A stretch of DNA of 64,000 nt. It comes from the human T2T-CHM13v2.0 reference genome, Homo sapiens. The stretch lies in the NCBI RefSeq assembly GCF_009914755.1, contig NC_060940.1; one strand, 5' to 3'. The notes under the pieces are model-generated. The model saw only the letters and a list, made by a program, of their open reading frames with translations. It searched no databases and was not told where the DNA came from. Of the stretch, positions 25,235 through 39,663 are shown piece after piece. Both the position numbers and the translations under genes were made by a program. How positions within the stretch are numbered: position 1 is the stretch's first letter; every line of letters begins with the position of its first letter.

Positions 25235-26446
25235 GGAGCCAATCATAATCCTGAATGCCAAAATCCTGACTGGCGAAGTTGTGAAAAACCAAAATCCCAA
25301 AGATATAATTCTGGAAAAACAAAAGACATTCTTTACAATATATTTATTTACATTTTAAAGAGGGATTTACTTGAGAAACATATAAAAACACAACAGAACA
25401 CTTCAAAGGCCACTTTATGCAATAAAATAGGCAATAATAGAATGCATATTTTTGCAAGCATAAACACAGGTAGACTAACAACAGTCACATGGGTATAACA
25501 GTTATGAGCATACAAGCTGTATTTATAAAGGAATAGGTGAAAAAGGGCAAAGTACAAATGCATGTCATTATGGTTGGTAACTGCAGACACCCAGCTTTAT
25601 AACTGTGATCACCTGAAATACCATATGAACAACTTAAGTCTTTTGAGAAGATAGATCAAAAACCATGATGGGTCACCCCCACTTAGGCAGTTTCCCAAAG
25701 AGCTGAGATCTCCAGAAATTTTATCTCTCACAAATTCAGATCTACAAAAAGACTATCTCTTCATGTATTGAGGAAGTGTCAGCATTTTTACGTACACACA
25801 CAATGCTTACGCACAAAGGCAACGTCGTGATAATGCACTTGCATGGAGTCAAATTTCTATGTCCAAGGCAGCAGAGGAAAAGTCTGTCCCAGCTCTCAGA
25901 GACAAACCAATGTGCCTTCTGTATTTGTTCTCTCCCAAGTCCCTGGCTGGTTGGATGGGGCCTGTCAGCAATGAGGGCAGATTTTCCCCATCAAGTCCAC
26001 TCAGACTTACACACAAATCTCCTCTGGAAACACTCACAGATATACCCAAAATTATGCTTTACCAGGTTTCCACCAGTTTTTACTGGTCAAGTTGACATCT
26101 AAAATGAAGTCCACAAGCCCATCCCTTGTCAACCTGGCACCCATGTGTTAAACCATACTAAATTTCCCAGTAAAGACAAGGTAATAGTTCCACCTAACAT
26201 GGTACAATCAGCATAATGCAACTATCCTGTGTGCAGCTGAAAACACACTAATCGCTTCCCTAGACTTTGGTTTTCAGGATTTCAACATTTGGGATTTTAA
26301 TCTTTCAGGACTGTGATTTTTGGGATTTTAGACACCAGGGATGTTAGACTTTAGGGATTTTGATCCTTAGGGGTTTTGATCTTTCAGGAACTCAAGATTC
26401 GGGATTATGGCATTTTAAATTGTGTCTTTTGGTATTGTGATCCAAA
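25235..26446. mobile_element. Ricksha-type (MULE/MuDR) non-autonomous DNA transposon carrying an ERVL/MLT2 fragment
   Basis: Termini built from short aaaatcc(t/c) and gggatttt subrepeats in inverted orientation; internal MLT2-like LTR end (~25860-26115) followed by ERVL 3' internal sequence. Confidence 0.75.
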
Positions 26447-29315
26447 TGTTTTAAGAAAATAAGAATACTGCTAGTTTCTTATCTTTAGGGAGCAGACTGT
26501 ATTGCAATTTACATTTTAGCAGGAAAAAAATTAAAAATTTTAACCCAATTCTTAACATTATTCCAAAGTTTCTTACAAAGAAAAGTAATTCTAAATCAGA
26601 GAAGGGTGACCATTGATTGATGCTTCTCATAAAATGAGAGCCAACCTGGGGCTCCAAGGGACATTATTCACATTGATCTTCCTTAGATTTCGGAAGATCC
26701 AGAATATTAGGGATCTGAGTCTAGGGATCTTACCCGATGCTTACTTTTGCTGAATTTCTTCCATGTAGAGATAATGAAATGCACTTAACAATATCCGTTA
26801 TAACAATTCTACAATGAACTCACGGTCAATACAGAGCACACAACCTTTGAAGTACTGACTGGTTTTGTTCCCCCTTTTTAAAATGAAACTATCTTTGTTC
26901 GATAATACGTGATCATTACAAAATTTAAAGAGAATATGAATAAAATTATCTTATAATTGCATCATCCAAAGATAACTACTGTTAACATTTTGGTGCCTAT
27001 CCTTTTATATTTAATTGTATCACAATACTGCTAATGCAAATGGGAATGTATACTATGTTATTTTGCAACCTGCTTTTTTTCATTTAATAATACCTTTGGA
27101 ACATTTTAACATATCATTAACATATCATACCTAAAGATCTCCCTTATTCTTCTTAATGGTTATATGGTCCACTGTTGGGAGGCAAATATGTTTAAAACTC
27201 TTATTGGACATTTAAGTGGCTTCCAACCTTTCATTACAATTTGTAGTGTAATTACTATTATCGAACATGTATCCGTGAACAATTTTTCCATATTTTCTTC
27301 CAGCACTTTGAAGATATTATAGCTTTCCACTGTTTCTGTTGAGAAGTCAGCTCATACTCTTATTGCTCAATTGAAACAATCTATCTTGTCTTCTGATAGA
27401 TTTAATTTTTATGCACACATATTTATTTATTTTTGTCTTTAGCTTTCAGTGATTTTACTATAATGTTCCTAGGCATGGTTGCATTTATCCTTTCAGGGGC
27501 TTGTAGCACTTATTGAATATGTGAATAATTGTCTTTCATCAATTCTGAAAAATTTTGAGTCATTATCTTTTCAAATATTGTTTCTTCTCCACTTTTCACC
27601 TCTCTGTCTTTTGTGTGTGTGTGTGTGTTCTTTTTCTATATTTTGTCTCTGCATGCTTCAGTATTTTCAGATATTTTATTTGATTTATCTAATTTCCACT
27701 TTACAAAATCTCTCTGGCTATACCTAACAAGCGGTTAAATTCATCCACTGAGTTTTTAATTTGTTATTATAACTTCTTAGTTCTAGACTTTTCATTAGAA
27801 TGTTTCTAGTTTTCAGATCTCTGCTTAATTTTGATAAAAACATTTTTAAAATCTGTGTCTGATAATTCTATGATCTGGTTCTCCTGGGTTTGTTTCTATT
27901 GTTTACTCTGGTTTTCTAGCAGATTGTCTTACCTCCTCATGTGCTTGGTCATTTTTTGATTGAGTGCTGATCAGTATATATAAAAGTTATAGACATAATT
28001 TAAAGCCACAAGAAGATAACTCCCTCCGGCTTCTAGCTGGCGACTGGGGGGCATTAGTAATCCCAGACAACCTAATTTAGCTGTTCTCAGCTAAGGTTTT
28101 GTGAGAGAATTAAGCCCCGCAGCAAATCATTTGAGTGATTATTTTCTCAACTCTCCCAAGAAGGGTAGGTAGCTAGCATCATCCTAGGTACAACAGAGAT
28201 AAATTAATTCCTCATAAACAATAGACACCTTAGAACGCTAGGGATTAATTATCTTCTGGATCTCCAGTGGAAAACTGTTTGAAATTAAACCAATAACAAC
28301 AATGATTCAAAGCTGAACTTCAGTCTCTTTGAGGACTGGCCCATTTCTAATTCACTGGGTCCTACTCTAAAGTCTGGGGGATTAGATTACTAGGGCCTTT
28401 CCTCCTGGGACATACCACGGACTTTTGTTTTCTTCTTTAACCTTACTTATCTTTTTGGCCTCTCTGCAGTTTTTACCAAAAAGGCAGTGTCTTTAAGGAT
28501 AAAGTGGCCCCCAAAGTCTGACGGTCTTGATTTCCTTCTCTTGGATCTTGGCCCCATGTTCCAGTAGTTCTCTCTTGCCTTAAAAAACAGACTCTAAAAA
28601 ATATTTTGCCTTGCTTTCCTAGGTGTTCTTAGAGAGAAAGAGTTAATTCACATTACTCAGCTTATCATTTATGAAACATTTCCAGAACAAAGGGATGCAC
28701 ATTTGACATTGTGACAGCTATAGCCATACTGCTCTCAAGAATGGTTGTGCTAATTCCACACAAACATCTGTAGTATTTACGGGTTCTTTCTCTCCACATT
28801 CTCCCCAGCAGTGGGGATATCACCACTTTGAAAATCTTTGATAGTTCAATGGTTTTCCTTAAATGTATACCATATAATTTCAAGTTCTCTAAGGAAAGAG
28901 GATATATTTGCTCTGTATGGACATTTTGAACGTTCAAAATACTTTTGATGCTTCGTTGATGTAGTTTTCAGTATTACAGAAAGTATGCTTAGAACAGCCA
29001 AGTGATATTTCTAATTCATTATCATCATTTTAACACCTTGTGACATTTTATGTTCCACTGTCTTCTGTTGCTGTTTAGCTTTTGTATCTTTAATGCTTTT
29101 TCCCCGTTAAATGTCCGTTAAAGACAGAATACTTGTCCTTTTGTTCCTTCTAGTGCTTGGCAACACAGTGGTCATTAGACAAGCATTACTTTGATTATAA
29201 GAAGCAAAGGCCATACTTAGGATGACTGATTTATTCAAAGGGTTCCCCTGCTCCATCCGATCCCTGGAAAAGAGGGTCCTCTAAAGATCAGGTGTTAGTT
29301 GTGGCAATACTCTAA

Positions 29316-29743
<428 letters not shown>

Positions 29744-30366
29744 TGAGATCCAACTTTCAGAATGGCAAAGAAAGAGAATTGCAAATATATCATGGAATAA
29801 ACTGCAGGACTATTTATAACTGTCAGGCCTAAAACTTTCTCCATCTGTTACCTTGACTGCCTTTCTTAAAAAAAAAAAAAAAAAAAAAAAAAGGAGATGT
29901 GTTGTAATAAAGCAGTGAGCCAATGTTTCTTTGGTAGTTATTAATTACTTCAAAGGAGTTTGTCTTATTTGTTGCTAGCCACTCCCCTCACCCAGAACAG
30001 GAGTACAAGTAATGCCCAGCCTTGAGTTTCTAAGTGTTAGTATAAATTTTAGGGTCACATTACAAATGCTACTTTTCCACAAGATTTTCTAAGCAGATAT
30101 TTTTCTTGTCTTGGCAAAAGGCAGCAAGAGATACAAGCATGGAGGAACTAGTAAACTTTAAGGGCAGACTCCTTATTAAAAGACCAAAATATTTTAAAAC
30201 ATAGAGCAGTCCTCATCTATGACTGCAGTGTTCTGATTTCACACATGAGAAGTAGGGAGATGCACTACAGAACCCCTTTAATGACCCTGAAGTCCCCAGA
30301 TGCAACAGATCCCATTGCATTATGTACCAGGAAATGCAAACCATGGGCTTTCAAAAACTTTCCATC

Positions 30367-30672
30367 TGCTATGGTCTGAATGTTAGCGTCCCCTGAACCC
30401 CAAATTCATATGTTGAAATCTTAACTCCCAAGATGATGGCATTAAGACGTGAGGCCTTTAGGAGGTGTTATGATCATGAGGGTGTAGCCCTTAAGAATGG
30501 GATTAGTGCCTTATAAAAGCTGCCTCAGCAAGCTCGTCTGCACCTTCCACCATCTGCTGGTGCCTTGATCTTGGATTCTCCAGCCTCCAGAATTGTGTTG
30601 GATAAATTTCTGTTTTTCATAAACCACCAAGTTTATGGCATTTTATTATAGCAGCCTGAACAGACTAAAATA
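30367..30672 (+). mobile_element. MaLR solo LTR (MLT1A-like)
   Basis: tgctatggtctgaatg...gcagcctgaacagactaa; 5-bp TSD ccatc on both sides. Confidence 0.85.
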
Positions 30673-30845
30673 CCATCTAAGATATCCTAGATGTTCCATA
30701 TTATACTTGAGTTCCATTCCTGTGCAGTAAGAAAAAATTCAGAGGAAAAAAGTATAAATAGAAGATTAAACAGACATTATTCACTCATATTAAGACTGTC
30801 AACCTGGAAAATAAAAAAGAATTTATAAATAAATTTTTAAAATTA

Positions 30846-31163
<318 letters not shown>

Positions 31164-31164
31164 C

Positions 31165-33500
31165 AAGAGAGTAAGATTCAGGATTAGCAAACATTTACGA
31201 AGGTCAACTGTATTTCTATATCCAGCAACAGTCAGAAAAATTTAGTTTTCAAGGTTCTATTTATAATAGCAACAAAAATATAAGGTACGTAAAAATAAAT
31301 CAACAAAACATACTTGAAAACTTCAAAGCAAAAGTTGTAAAACTTTATGGGAAGACATTAACAAGGATTTAAATAAATGAATGAATAAATAGAGAACTAG
31401 ACTATATTCTTGAAAAGGAAGATTCAATGTCATCGAGAGTGTCCATTTTCTCCCAACAGATTTATATCTATAAATTCAATGTACTGCTAAACAAAACGCC
31501 AGCAGGTAGAATTTGGTGGAGTGTGGTGGGTTGATTTTAAAATTTAAATGGAAAATCAAAGGGCCAATAAAAAGAAGACATGCCGAAGGAAAAACAAATT
31601 GGGAGAACTTGCCCTTTCATAAACTCAAATCTAGTGGAAAGCTACTGTAATTAACATAGTGTGGTACTGGGGCAGAAAGTGCAAAATGACAAAGGAAACA
31701 GAAGAGAAACTCAGAATAGATGCACAAATACATGTGAATTTGATTTATATCAGAGTAGGTGTTGAATATCAGTGAGGAAAGATGGCTACATAGTGTAGGG
31801 AGCTAAATCAGCTGATATCCACATGGGATCTGCGGTAGGCTGAATAATGCCCTCCAAAGATATTTACATTCTCACTCCTGAATCTAAATATTGCCTTATA
31901 TGGCAAAAGGGTGAATGTTGCCTTATATGTCAAAAGAGGTAATTAAATTAATAATTTAGACATGGGGAGATTATCCTAGACTATCTTGGTGGGCCCTAAT
32001 ATAATCACAAATGTCCTTAAGAGGAAAGCAGAGGGAAGCTTGACACAGAAGATGAAAAGACAATGCAATGATGCAACCAGATTAGAGTGATGCAACCACA
32101 AGCCATGGAATGCTGGCAACTTTAAAAGCTGGAAAAAGTAAGGAACAAATTTTTCCCAGGAATCTCCAAAAGGAACCAGCCCTGTTGACACCTGATTTTA
32201 GCTCAGTGAAACTGATTTCAGACTTCTGAATTCCAGAACTGTAAGAGAATAAATGTGTGTTGTTTTAAGTCACTAAGTAACTCGTAACTTGTTTCAGCGG
32301 CAATAACAAACTGACACAGAGTCCCTCCCATCTACTCTACACAAAAGTCAACTCAAGTTGGATCAATGTGATGGTAAACTATGAAACTTTTTAGAAAGAA
32401 ATATAGAATGATCTCTTTACCAACTTGGTGTAGAGAAAGGGATTTTAACAATAAAAGTGAGCAAATTATAAAATAAAAGATTATCAAATGCAATTACATT
32501 AAAACTCTTGTTCACTAAAATCACCTTAATGAGAGTGAACGGACAAGACACAAACTAGGAGAAGATATTTGCAGGACATATCAAGCCAGTTACATCCCAA
32601 ATACATCAAAAGCCCCTATGAATCAACAATACAAAGACAACACAATAGAAAAATGGGCAAAGGCCAAATACGAATTTCACAGGAGATGAAACACAAATGG
32701 CCAGTCAATATAACATGCTATTTTCATTAACATAATGAAATTCATAATTGCAGAAATATTAATCAAAGCCACAGTGAGATTCCATTTCACAACTAGTGGA
32801 GGAGCAAAATTTTAAAAGTTGATCAATACTAAGAGAAGTCAAGGTTATGGAGTAAGGTTATAGGCACATCTCCTGCAGGTAGGAAAGTAGACTGGCACAA
32901 CCCCTTTGGAGAAGTCTGATTACCTAGTAAACCTGAGTGTATACATCCTGTATGTCCTGGAGTTGCCACTCCTGGGGATATATCCTAGAAAAATTTGGCA
33001 CCATGTACCTGAAAACATGTTCAAGACTGTTCATAAGAGCATTATTCTCAATAGCATAACAGCATTAAGTTAGAAACAACACAAATGTCCAACTGGATAG
33101 GAATTTTTATATATTCAAATAATAGAATATTAACTGTTAAACTAGAGTCTCATGCATGACATGAGTGAATCTCAGCAAAACAAATATAGTATCATAATAT
33201 TTATGTAAAGTTTGAAATATGCAAAAATAAGTTATATATTGTTATGGGTTATACCCACATATGGCTAAAAAGCAGTATGAAGAAAACCAAGGAAATGATT
33301 AACTGACTACACAAAATTTTAAATGGATAGTTACCTCTCTGCAGGAAACAGAAGGACACAGATATTCTAAAATATGGTAGAGTCCCATTTCTTAACGTGG
33401 GTGACAGGTTCACAGTTGTTTATCTTACTATTATTCCTTATATCTTAACTATATAATACAAATATTATTTTGTGTAATTTCAATATAAATTTTAAAAACA
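31165..33500 (+). mobile_element. Old L1M ORF2/3' end interrupted by MLT1D
   Basis: A-rich L1 ORF2 motifs (tatttctatatccagcaac, acaatagaaaaatgggcaaag, agaaacaacacaaatgtcca). Confidence 0.75.
31831..32318 (+). mobile_element. MaLR solo LTR (MLT1C/D-like)
   Basis: tgcggtaggctgaataatg...ggggagattatcct...ccagaactgtaagagaataaatgtgtgttgttttaag...ctgacaca. Confidence 0.85.
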
Positions 33501-36500
33501 CAAAACTTGCTGAAATGTTAACTAATACATTTTGTTGTGTGTTTGTGTGCACAAAATTGTTTATTATATGGGTATTTCTTGGAACCCCAAAGCTCATTAT
33601 CAGAATTTTCACATTTAATAATAATATGATGTAAGTTGTTTTACCTAAATTCATTATCTAAATGAAAACAATATTATAAGTATGATATGAATGTATGCAT
33701 GTGCCAGCAAAAACATTTATGTTTGCTTGAGTTTCAGCAGTAAAATGTATTGTGTGTTACAGCCCGACCTTCAGCTGTTCTGACAAGACAGATTTGTTTC
33801 GTGCTTTCCTCTTTAAAATGTGTTATGCATTATCAGCTCATCTTCCCACAATTTCCCTGATGGTTTAGTCTTTCATGGGTCCTAGAATTTGTTTCTGCCA
33901 GGTACTGAGGGCAACTACCAACCAGGGAATAATTTAGACAAAATCTTTAGATCCTAGACTTTTAGAATCTTTAATACTTATTTTATTGTTTGTATTACAG
34001 TTCATGTTTACAGCTGTGCAGAAAGAAAATGTAATTCATGTCTAAAATTGTACAGTATCTTTACATGCTACAAACCAATACACCCATTTATATACTTACT
34101 TATTTAAGCATTATAGAGGTAATTTGAATATATTAAATGCCTTGTGTTATACAGGAATCTTTGATGAGTTGTTATATAGGTGTTTTAAAATGTTTTAGAA
34201 AAACTGGATAGAGTTTCTGGATGGGCTGGGAACCTGACTGTTTCTGAGAGTTACAAGAATGGAATATGGGTTGCACTATTTCAGCGGAACCATGTCTTTA
34301 TGGGGTAGTGTGGTACAGGACAGGGACCAGGACTGTCACAACCTAGAATTCAAATCTTGGATTAAGAAGCCCCACAGACAACTCACCTAAATTCTCTAAG
34401 CTTTAGCCTTCTCATCTGTAAAATAAAGATAATAATTCCAGCCTACCTTACTGAATTATTGAGACACAAATAAGATTAATCTGCAAGTGTCTTTGTGTTT
34501 ATATACAAATGCGTTCATATACTATAATGTGAACATAAAATTATTATGTAAATTTGATTTATGAGAGAGCTGATGTTGAATATCAGTGAGAAAAGATGGA
34601 TCATTTAGTGTAAAGAGCTAAAACAGCTGGAAATCCACATGAGATCTATGGCAGGCTGAATAATGGCCCCCAAAGATATTCACATCCTCATTCCTGAATC
34701 TGTAAATATTACCTTATAAGTCAAAAGATGTGATTAAGAGTTTTGAAATGGGGAGATTATCCTGGATTATCTTGATTATGGTAGCTTAAAAATCATCTTG
34801 AACTCTGGTAGTAGGAGTCCTTTCATTTTATTCTTCTTTTCCAAAGTTGTTTCAGCTATTCTAGGTTGTTTGCATTTCCATGTGAATTTTAGAATCAGCT
34901 TGTCAATTTCTACAAAAAAACCATCTTGGATTTTAATTTTGATTTCAATTAAATCTATAGATGAATTTGGGGGAGAAATGGCATTAAGATGTCATTAAGA
35001 TATTATTGAATAGCCATATTGAATTTACCAATCTATGAACAAGCTATATTTTTCTATTTGTTTAGGTCTTTAATTTCTCTCATTAATCTTTCATAGTTTT
35101 CAGTATATGGGTCTTGTATACATTTTGTCAAATTTATCTCTAATTATTTTATATTTCTCAATGTTATTGTAAGTGATACTACCTTTTAAAATTTCAGTCC
35201 TCTGTATAGATCTCATATCCTGCAACCTTGTACTAGTTAACTACACTTACTTTGTAGGCTTTGTTTAAAATGAATATTCTCCAGCATCGTCTCCACAGAT
35301 TTTGATTCAATAAAACATATATAAAACCCAAGAATCTACATTCTTAATGAGTAGCCAGGGGGATTCTGATACAGATTCTCTAAGGACATTACTTTGAGAA
35401 AGATATGAAAATTAATAACATTAACTTCTGATGGTATGTCCAAGTTAACTGATGCAGTCCATTCTTCCACCCAAAATACAAAAAAAAATAGAATTGATTA
35501 AAAACATGGCAAATAAATATTTTTAATGCTTTTCCAGGTTCAAAATAAAGGAAAGAAAATAACAGGTTCTAGAAATAAAAAGGGAACTCAGCTAGCATAG
35601 TAAACTAGTGAGATGACCCAAAGAAGGCCCAGAGATGTGTAGAGTAGATACAGAACTTATGGTTTAGTGGGTCCAGTTATACCCTCACAGAGAGAGGACA
35701 CAGCCTTGTTCCCATCTGGGAATGGAGAATTAAACTAAGATTCTAGCATAAATCCAGGACCGTAGAAAGACTACCTCTTTTCACAAAGGCAACTAGAATA
35801 ATTCTACTCATTGGTCTAGGGAAGCAGTGATGAAGCCTGTCTTCTACTTAGAATTCTGAATAGGAGGGAGAGCCTCCTATGATAAATCAAAATCCCATGT
35901 ACACATATGAGATCGAAATTTAGACTATCTGATAGGTGCGAGAATCAGAAGCTGAGAAAATAAAAAATCACAGGACCCTTGGCAGAAGAAATAAAAATCT
36001 GCTCTGAGGGAATAGTTTCATAACTCGGTACCCAAGCTAAAATTGAGTTCATAATACAAACATTTCAAGCCATCTGAAGAAACAATCTAGTAGGAGGAAA
36101 ATCAGTGATTACTACAAACATGTGAGCTGGTATCCTAAGAGTTTGAGGTAATAAAAAAAAGTCTCATATAGCATTCTTAAAATCTTTGAAGAGATAAATG
36201 AAGAAATAGAAAGCATAATGAAGGAATAAAATATGAAAATATTCAAACTATATATAACTTCTAAAAATAAAAAGCCAAGTCAATGAATTAAAAACTGAAC
36301 AGATGAATACACTGAAGAGTAGATATAGCTGAAGAAAGAATTAGTCAACTAGAAGAAAGATCTTAGAAAAATACCCAGAATACATCATAGTGAGACCAGA
36401 AATGTGCAGAGACATTTAAGAGACATGGTAATTCCACAGGAAACACATATATCTAAAAAAAAAAATTCCAAAAGGAGAAATTTGAGATAAGAGGAAAACA

Positions 36501-36801
36501 ACATTGGAGAGATGCTGAGTAACCAATATGTAGCATATTACTTACTTATTACTCTGAAAACTCAAAAGTGTTTTCAATGATTGGGGTGATTTTCTTTTTA
36601 ATAAATCTAATTCAATCTCCATTCTTTAATTCAATTAAGATAAAAATCAGAAGCCCTGAATTGTCTTTAAAATTCAAAATTTTCCCTTTTATGACTCACA
36701 GAAAGCAAATGGACAATGAGGTTTCATCTTAATTGGGTCTCTGAAGGAAGTGGGAGCATCTGGAATCATTTCCACCATGCTGCTTTTCTGCATTTGACTC
36801 C

Positions 36802-36850
36802 GTTACCTAGCAATGCATTTCACAATGTTACCTAGCAATGCATTTCACAG
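36802..36850 (+). repeat. 25-bp tandem duplication (gttacctagcaatgcatttcacaat) x2, each unit containing an X-box-like motif
   Basis: Directly visible; the two units share 23 identical nt. Confidence 0.9.
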
Positions 36851-37982
36851 TTTAAATTAGAGAGTATTACTTCTTTTTGAAGTTCCCATATGCTGATCCA
36901 AACCAAATATATGTAGCTTCCCTTTGCATTTTTTTAAAAAGGTAATCTTCCTGATAAAGTTAGGTATTTCCACATTCCATTAGAAAGTCAAAATAGATGA
37001 AAGATCAGTTTCAAGAGCCAGATCAAACCATCAGCAAGTCTTTATAAATATCTAGCATACAGATTTAACTATTTCTAAGAAAACAGAATGACTTAAAATG
37101 CAGAAAAATTATTCAGTTTCAGATTAATGGAAAGGCTTTTCATGATGTTATATTTGCCATAACATGCTTAGGGTGCTTCAGTGACTGCCAGCTGTACTCA
37201 GCAGAAAGTCCAATGTCCTTAGGCTGGCATCCAAGGGCAGCCCTTTATGAATGGATCCTACCTACTACTCTAGCTTTCAGCTTCATTTTCCTTCCCTCCC
37301 TCCCTCTCTCTCTCTCTCTCTCTCAATCTCCATAGCAGTCACACACTAAGAACTTGCAATTCTTTGCCACTTCATGTTCTTGCTATGTATTTTCACATAA
37401 TGCTTCTTCATGTATTTTCACAAAGTATTTCCCTGACTTGCATGCCCAGCCTTTGTTTATGTTTTTACGTGCTTCACAAATACTTCAAGGGTCACTTTCT
37501 CTGGAAAGCTTTCCTTGACATCCCAAGCCTGAGCTGTGTACCTTGTATCCGCTTCTATAATAATAATCAACTTCTATAGTAGCAGTGCACTATAACTGTT
37601 GGCTATGTGTCAGTTTCCTCCACTGAATTCTATGCTTTCTCAGGGCAGGAACTATGCTTTTGTACCTCTTTCTACTCATGGTGCCTAGATATCAAAAGCT
37701 TTCAAAAGAAAAGAGGATTGCAGTTGGAGACGTGGGTTAAATCTCATGCATCCTCAGAGGCCTCCCTTATGACCAGTAGCCTTCCCTGTTTTTTCCTGTC
37801 TCTGAACATATATTTACATAATGGAACACTGTACAACAATGAAAATGAAATACAACTAGAGCAAAAGTAGCAACATAGATGAGACATGTAGGCTCATTTC
37901 AGATATGTACATTTCAAAACAGGCATTACTAAATTGTATTGTTTAGAGATACATACATTGGGTAAAAACTATACATGAAAGC

Positions 37983-39430
37983 AATTGCAACAAAAGCAAA
38001 AATTGACAAATGATATCTAATTAAGACTTGGAACCAACCCAAATGTCCAACAATGATAGACTGGATTAAGAAAATGTGGCACATATACACTACGGAATAC
38101 TATGCAGCCATAAAAAATGATGAGTTCATGTCCTTTGTAGGGACATGGATGAAGCTGGAAACCATCATTCTCAGCAAACTATCACAAGGACAAAAAACCA
38201 AACACCGCATGTTCTCACTCATAGGTGGGAATTGAACAATGAGAACACATGGACACAGGAAGGAGAACATCACACACTGGGGCCTGTTGTGGGGTGGGGG
38301 GAGGGAAAGCATTAGGAGATATACCTAATGTTAAATGACGAGTTAATGGGTGCAGCCCACCAACATGGCACATGTATACATATGTAACAAACCTGCACGT
38401 TGTGCACATGTACCCTAGCACTTAAAGCATAATAAAAAACAAGTAAAATTAAATTAAAAAAAAAAAAGCTTAAGAGCTTCTGCACAGCAAAAGAAACTAT
38501 GGGCAGACTAAAGAGGGAAAACCCAAAGAATGGGAAAAAATATTTGCAAACTATGCATCTGACAAAGATTTAAAATCCAGCATCTATAAGGAACTTAAAC
38601 CAATTTATAAGAAAAAAACAAACAATCCTATTAAAAAGTGGGCAAAAAAATGAACAAATACTTTTCAAAAGAAGACATATATGTGGCCTACAAGCATATG
38701 AAAAAAAGCTCAATATCACTGATCATTAGAGAAATGGAAGTCAAAACCACAATGAGATATCATCTCATATAGTCAGAAAGGCTATTACTAAAAAGTCAAA
38801 AAATAACAGATGCTGGTGAGGTTGTAAAGAAAAGGGAACACTTATACACTGTTGGTGGGAGTGTAAATTAGTTCAACCATTATGGAAAGCAGTGTGGTGA
38901 TTCTTCAAAAAACAAAAAATAGAACTACCATTTGACCCAGCAATACCATTACTGGGTATAAACCCAAAAGGATATAAATTGTTCTACCATGAAAACATGC
39001 ATGTATATGTTCATTGCAGCACTAGTCACAATAGCAAAGACGGAATCAACTTAAAAGCCCATCAATGGTAGACTGGATAAAGAAAATGTGATACATATAC
39101 ACTACAAAATACTACGCAGCCATAAAAAAGAATGAGATCATGTCCTCTGCAGGAATGTGGATGAAGCTGGAGGCCATCATCCCTAGCAAACTAATGCAGA
39201 AACAGAAAAACAAAATACTGCATATTCTCACTTATAAGTGGGAGCTAAATGATGAGAACACACGGACACAAAGAGGGGAACAACAGACACTGGGGCCTAG
39301 TGGAGGGCGGAGGGTGAGAGGAGGAAGAGGATCAGGAAAAATAACTATTGGGTACTAGGCTTAGAACCTGTGTGACAAAAATCTGTACAACAAAAACAAA
39401 ACTGCACACGTACCCCTGAACCTAAAAGTT
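37983..39430 (+). mobile_element. L1PB-like 3' end containing a nested younger L1PA
   Basis: L1 ORF2 C-terminal and 3'UTR sequence resumes at aagagcttctgcacagc after the nested element's poly(A). Confidence 0.85.
38023..38467 (+). mobile_element. 5'-truncated L1PA 3' end
   Basis: ORF 38053..38235 is the L1 ORF2 C-terminus (IKKMWHIYT...MFSLIGGN), followed by a primate L1 3'UTR and poly(A). Confidence 0.93.
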
Positions 39431-39663
39431 AATTTTTTGTTTAAATCTTAAGCAAAAGAACAAAAACAAAAAACAACAACAAAAAAAGCAAGGATATGAT
39501 GGTCATCAAGAACAGAATGGTGGTGATTCCAGGGGAGGCTGCAGTGAGAGGAGTATGATTGGGAAGGAACACACTGAGGCTTCTAGGGGCTGAAAATATT
39601 CTATTATTGATCTTGGTGGCAATAACATAGTGCTTGCCTTATAATTATTTGTTATAATGTACC

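Noticed and set aside
26270-26446. Array of short gggatttt-type repeats with variable spacers, CRISPR-like at a glance
   Set aside because: Subterminal repeats of the Ricksha transposon; no fixed repeat/spacer periodicity, no cas genes, eukaryotic context.
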